Assembly: GCA_963697335.1 (NCBI GenBank)
Contig: CAVONQ010000013.1
Location: 1-13,967 of the forward strand
Source: an uncultured cyanobacterium
GTDB lineage: Bacteria; Cyanobacteriota; Cyanobacteriia; PCC-6307; Cyanobiaceae
Length of the DNA stretch: 13,967 bases
Direction: 5' to 3'
Shown here: positions 11,092-13,967 of the stretch, in pieces
How positions within the stretch are numbered: the first letter of the stretch is position 1
Layout: the number at the start of each line of letters is the position of its first letter
Notes under the pieces: model-generated
The model's input: the letters and a program-made list of their open reading frames with translations, nothing else
The model's database searches: none
Told to the model about the DNA's origin: nothing
Translations under genes and position numbers: made by a program

Positions 11092-11621
11092 AAAGTCTGC
11101 TGAAAACCGGTGATGGCGGGGTGCGGGAGATCATGCGCAAGTCAGAGATGGCACTCTCCTTGCTTTTTGGAACAGCTTGGTCCCCCTCTGGTTTGGGCAT
11201 GCCATCCAGAATCAGTCGCTCTTGCTTGGGCTGATGTTGGTGGCAGGGAGAGATCGATGCTTTCCTCATTCGGTGAAAGCCCAGGGCCGGGCCAAGCTGC
11301 AGGGCGCTTCCCATCGACAAGTGTTGGGGCTGTGCTGAGTCCTCTCCTCAGGCAGACTGATCAATGACTTCAGGGGGCTCACCGGTCACTTGCGCCCTTG
11401 AAAGTTCTCGTTGGGGTGGATGAAAGTGGTGGGGTGCATAGTTGATCGACGGTTCTGAGATCTGAATCCTAGCTGTAATCTCAACTGAAGAGTGAGTTGT
11501 CAAAGGGATACCGAACCAAGATTTCACCTTGATGCATCCACTCAGCCAGCGTGTGCCGCAGGGTCTGGGGGTCGTGAGAAGCTGTTATGAGACAACTTGC
11601 CGAACCGGGGGAGACGCACCG

Positions 11622-13967
11622 ATGGATACTGATCGCGAGGAGCTGCAGCTGATCGACCGCTGGTGGCGTGCCGCCAACTACCTGGCGGTGGGGATGATCT
11701 ACCTGCAGGAGAACCCCCTGCTGCAGCAACCCCTCCAGCCCGAGCACATCAAGAACCGGCTGCTGGGGCATTGGGGTTCGAGCCCAGGCCAGGCCTTCAT
11801 CTGGGCCCACGCCAACCGGCTGATCCGGCAGCGCGACCTGGAGATGATCTACCTCTCGGGGCCGGGCCACGGGGCGCCGGGGGTGCTCGGGCCCACCTAC
11901 CTGGATGGCAGCTACAGCGAGATCTATCCCGACAAGTCCCAGGACGCTGAGGGGATGGGTCGCTTCTTCAAGCAGTTCTCCTTCCCCGGTCACATCGGCT
12001 CCCACTGCACCCCCGAGACCCCCGGCTCGATCCACGAAGGTGGTGAGCTGGGGTACGTGCTCTCCCACGCCTGCGGCGCCGTGTTCGACAACCCCGAGTT
12101 GATCGCCGTGGCCTGCGTGGGCGACGGCGAAGCGGAGACCGGTCCCCTGGCCACCAGCTGGCACATCAACAAGTTCCTCAACCCGATCAACGACGGGGCG
12201 GTGCTGCCGGTGCTGCACCTCAACGGCTACAAGATCGCCAACCCCACCCTGCTGGCCCGCATCCCCCGCCAGGAGCTGGTGAACCTGATGCGCGGCTACG
12301 GCTGGGAGCCGATCCTGGTGGAGGGCAGCGATCCGGCGGCCATGCACCAGGCGATGGCCGCGGCGATGGACCAGGCGATCGACACCATCCAGCGGGTGCG
12401 CCGGGACTGCCGGGCCAGCGGTGAGGCGGTGCGGCCCGCCTGGCCGATGATCGTGCTGCGCTCGCCCAAGGGCTGGACGGGTCCGGCCGCCCTCGGTGAT
12501 AAGAAGCTCGAGAACTTCTGGAGGTCCCACCAGGTGCCCCTGGCGGCCCCGAAGCAGGATCCGGAGCAGCTGGCCATGCTGGAGGCCTGGCTGCGCAGCT
12601 ACCGCCCCGAGGAGCTGTTCGATGCCGACGGCACCCTGCTGCCGGACCTGCAGGCCCTCTCGCCCCAGGGGCCGCGGCGGATGGGCTCCAGCCCCCATGC
12701 CAATGGCGGCCAGCTGCGCCGCAAGCTGCGGCTGCCGCCGGTCGAGGCCTATGCCGTGCCCGTGGAACTGCCGGGGCAGAGCGAACACGAGAACACCGCC
12801 CCGCTCGGGGCCCTGCTGCGCGACAGCATCGCCCGCAACCCCGATTCGCTGCGGGTGTTCGGGCCGGATGAAACCGCCTCCAACCGTCTTCAGGCGATCT
12901 ACGAGGTGAGCAAGAAGGTGTGGATGGAGGAGCTGCTGCCGGAGGATGCCAACGGCAGTGAGCTCGCCCGCGAAGGGCGGGTGGTGGAGATGCTCTCCGA
13001 GCACACCCTGGTTGGGATGATGGAGGGTTACCTGCTCACCGGCCGCTACGGCTTCTTCCACACCTACGAGGCCTTCGCCCATGTGATCGCCTCGATGTTC
13101 AACCAGCACGCCAAGTGGCTGGAATCCTGCAACCTGCACGCTCCCTGGCGGGCCCCGATCGGCGCCTGGAACTGCCTGATCTCCTCCACGGTGTGGCGCC
13201 AGGACCACAACGGCTTCACCCACCAGGATCCCGGCTTCATTGACTTGGCCGGCAACAAGAGCGGCGACGTGGTGCGCGTCTACCTGCCGCCCGATGCGAA
13301 CACCCTGCTGGCGGTGGCGGAGGAGGCGCTGCTGGAGCCGAATGTCTGCAACATCATCGTGTCGGACAAGCAGAAGCACCTCCAGTATCTGACCCTGGAG
13401 CAGGCCCGTGTCCATGTGGCCAAGGGCATCGGCATCGTGCGCTGGGCCAGCAACGACGACGACGGCACCGAGCCCGATGATCCCGATGTGGTGATGGCCT
13501 GCGCCGGCGACATTCCCTCCAAGGAGACCCTGGCAGCCGTGGAGATCCTGCGGCGGGAGTGCCCGCAGCTGAAGATCCGGGTGATCAACGTGGTGAAGCT
13601 GTTCGCCCTCACCCAGCCCAGCGAGCATCCCCACGGCCTCACCGACCGCGATTTCGACACCCTGTTCACCACTGACAAACCGGTGATCTTCAACTTCCAC
13701 GGCTACCCGTGGCTGATCCACCGCCTCACCTATCACCGCACCAACCACGCCAACTTCCACGTGCGTGGCTACAAGGAGAAGGGCAACATCAACACGCCCC
13801 TGGAGCTGGCGATGAACAATCAGATTGACCGCTTCAACCTGGTGATCGATGTGATCGACCGCGTGCCATCCCTGGGTTCACGCGCCGCCCACGTGAAGGA
13901 ACGGATGAAGGACGCCATTCTGGCCAACCGTGCCTATGCCCACCGGCACGGCATGGACGCCCCCGAG
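11622..13967 (+). CDS. xfp: Xylulose-5-phosphate/fructose-6-phosphate phosphoketolase (3' end just outside the window)
   Basis: ATG 11622 preceded by GGGGGAGA RBS. Reads [34 protein letters not shown]...[10 protein letters not shown]...GPGHG...[15 protein letters not shown]...[14 protein letters not shown]...[11 protein letters not shown] (ThDP motif); later conserved motifs include [11 protein letters not shown] and [14 protein letters not shown]. The same frame still reads ...HGMDAPE at the window end (782 codons). Absent from the ORF track because there is no stop. Confidence 0.96.
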   Translation, partial: MDTDREELQLIDRWWRAANYLAVGMIYLQENPLLQQPLQPEHIKNRLLGHWGSSPGQAFIWAHANRLIRQRDLEMIYLSGPGHGAPGVLGPTYLDGSYSEIYPDKSQDAEGMGRFFKQFSFPGHIGSHCTPETPGSIHEGGELGYVLSHACGAVFDNPELIAVACVGDGEAETGPLATSWHINKFLNPINDGAVLPVLHLNGYKIANPTLLARIPRQELVNLMRGYGWEPILVEGSDPAAMHQAMAAAMDQAIDTIQRVRRDCRASGEAVRPAWPMIVLRSPKGWTGPAALGDKKLENFWRSHQVPLAAPKQDPEQLAMLEAWLRSYRPEELFDADGTLLPDLQALSPQGPRRMGSSPHANGGQLRRKLRLPPVEAYAVPVELPGQSEHENTAPLGALLRDSIARNPDSLRVFGPDETASNRLQAIYEVSKKVWMEELLPEDANGSELAREGRVVEMLSEHTLVGMMEGYLLTGRYGFFHTYEAFAHVIASMFNQHAKWLESCNLHAPWRAPIGAWNCLISSTVWRQDHNGFTHQDPGFIDLAGNKSGDVVRVYLPPDANTLLAVAEEALLEPNVCNIIVSDKQKHLQYLTLEQARVHVAKGIGIVRWASNDDDGTEPDDPDVVMACAGDIPSKETLAAVEILRRECPQLKIRVINVVKLFALTQPSEHPHGLTDRDFDTLFTTDKPVIFNFHGYPWLIHRLTYHRTNHANFHVRGYKEKGNINTPLELAMNNQIDRFNLVIDVIDRVPSLGSRAAHVKERMKDAILANRAYAHRHGMDAPE

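Noticed and set aside
11587..11652. 21-codon out-of-frame ORF overlapping the xfp start ([21 protein letters not shown])
   Set aside because: No convincing RBS or leader-peptide features; such short ORFs are expected by chance.
11481..13760. 759-aa minus-strand ORF
   Set aside because: Antisense shadow of xfp caused by GC-rich codon bias; no recognisable motifs, whereas the plus frame has all phosphoketolase signatures.

Overview
GC-rich (~70% in sampled coding lines) bacterial chromosomal segment whose gene content points to a picocyanobacterium (Cyanobium/Synechococcus-like). Gene order: 5' end of a minus-strand gene (probably rplS, by context), a small PepSY-type membrane protein (-), methionine aminopeptidase map (+, interrupted by a +1 frameshift at ~985-988), an SDR oxidoreductase (-), a Pta-N/DRTGG protein lacking the catalytic PTA domain (+), a DprA/Smf-like Rossmann protein (+), a MAPEG protein (-), a class I SAM methyltransferase (+), yajQ (+), a lower-GC 179-aa orphan with an RTX/serralysin-C-terminus-like pattern (+), a fused ATP-dependent 5-oxoprolinase/hydantoinase (+), an ~810-bp lower-GC gap carrying a perfect 13-bp tandem duplication, and a nearly complete phosphoketolase xfp (+, missing from the ORF track because it runs off the window). 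No tRNA, rRNA, CRISPR array or mobile element is evident. Most of the window is housekeeping and I see no clear novel multi-gene system. The best leads are the frameshifted map, the lower-GC orphan with its hairpin-rich 321-bp leader, and the duplicated/possibly decayed region upstream of xfp.
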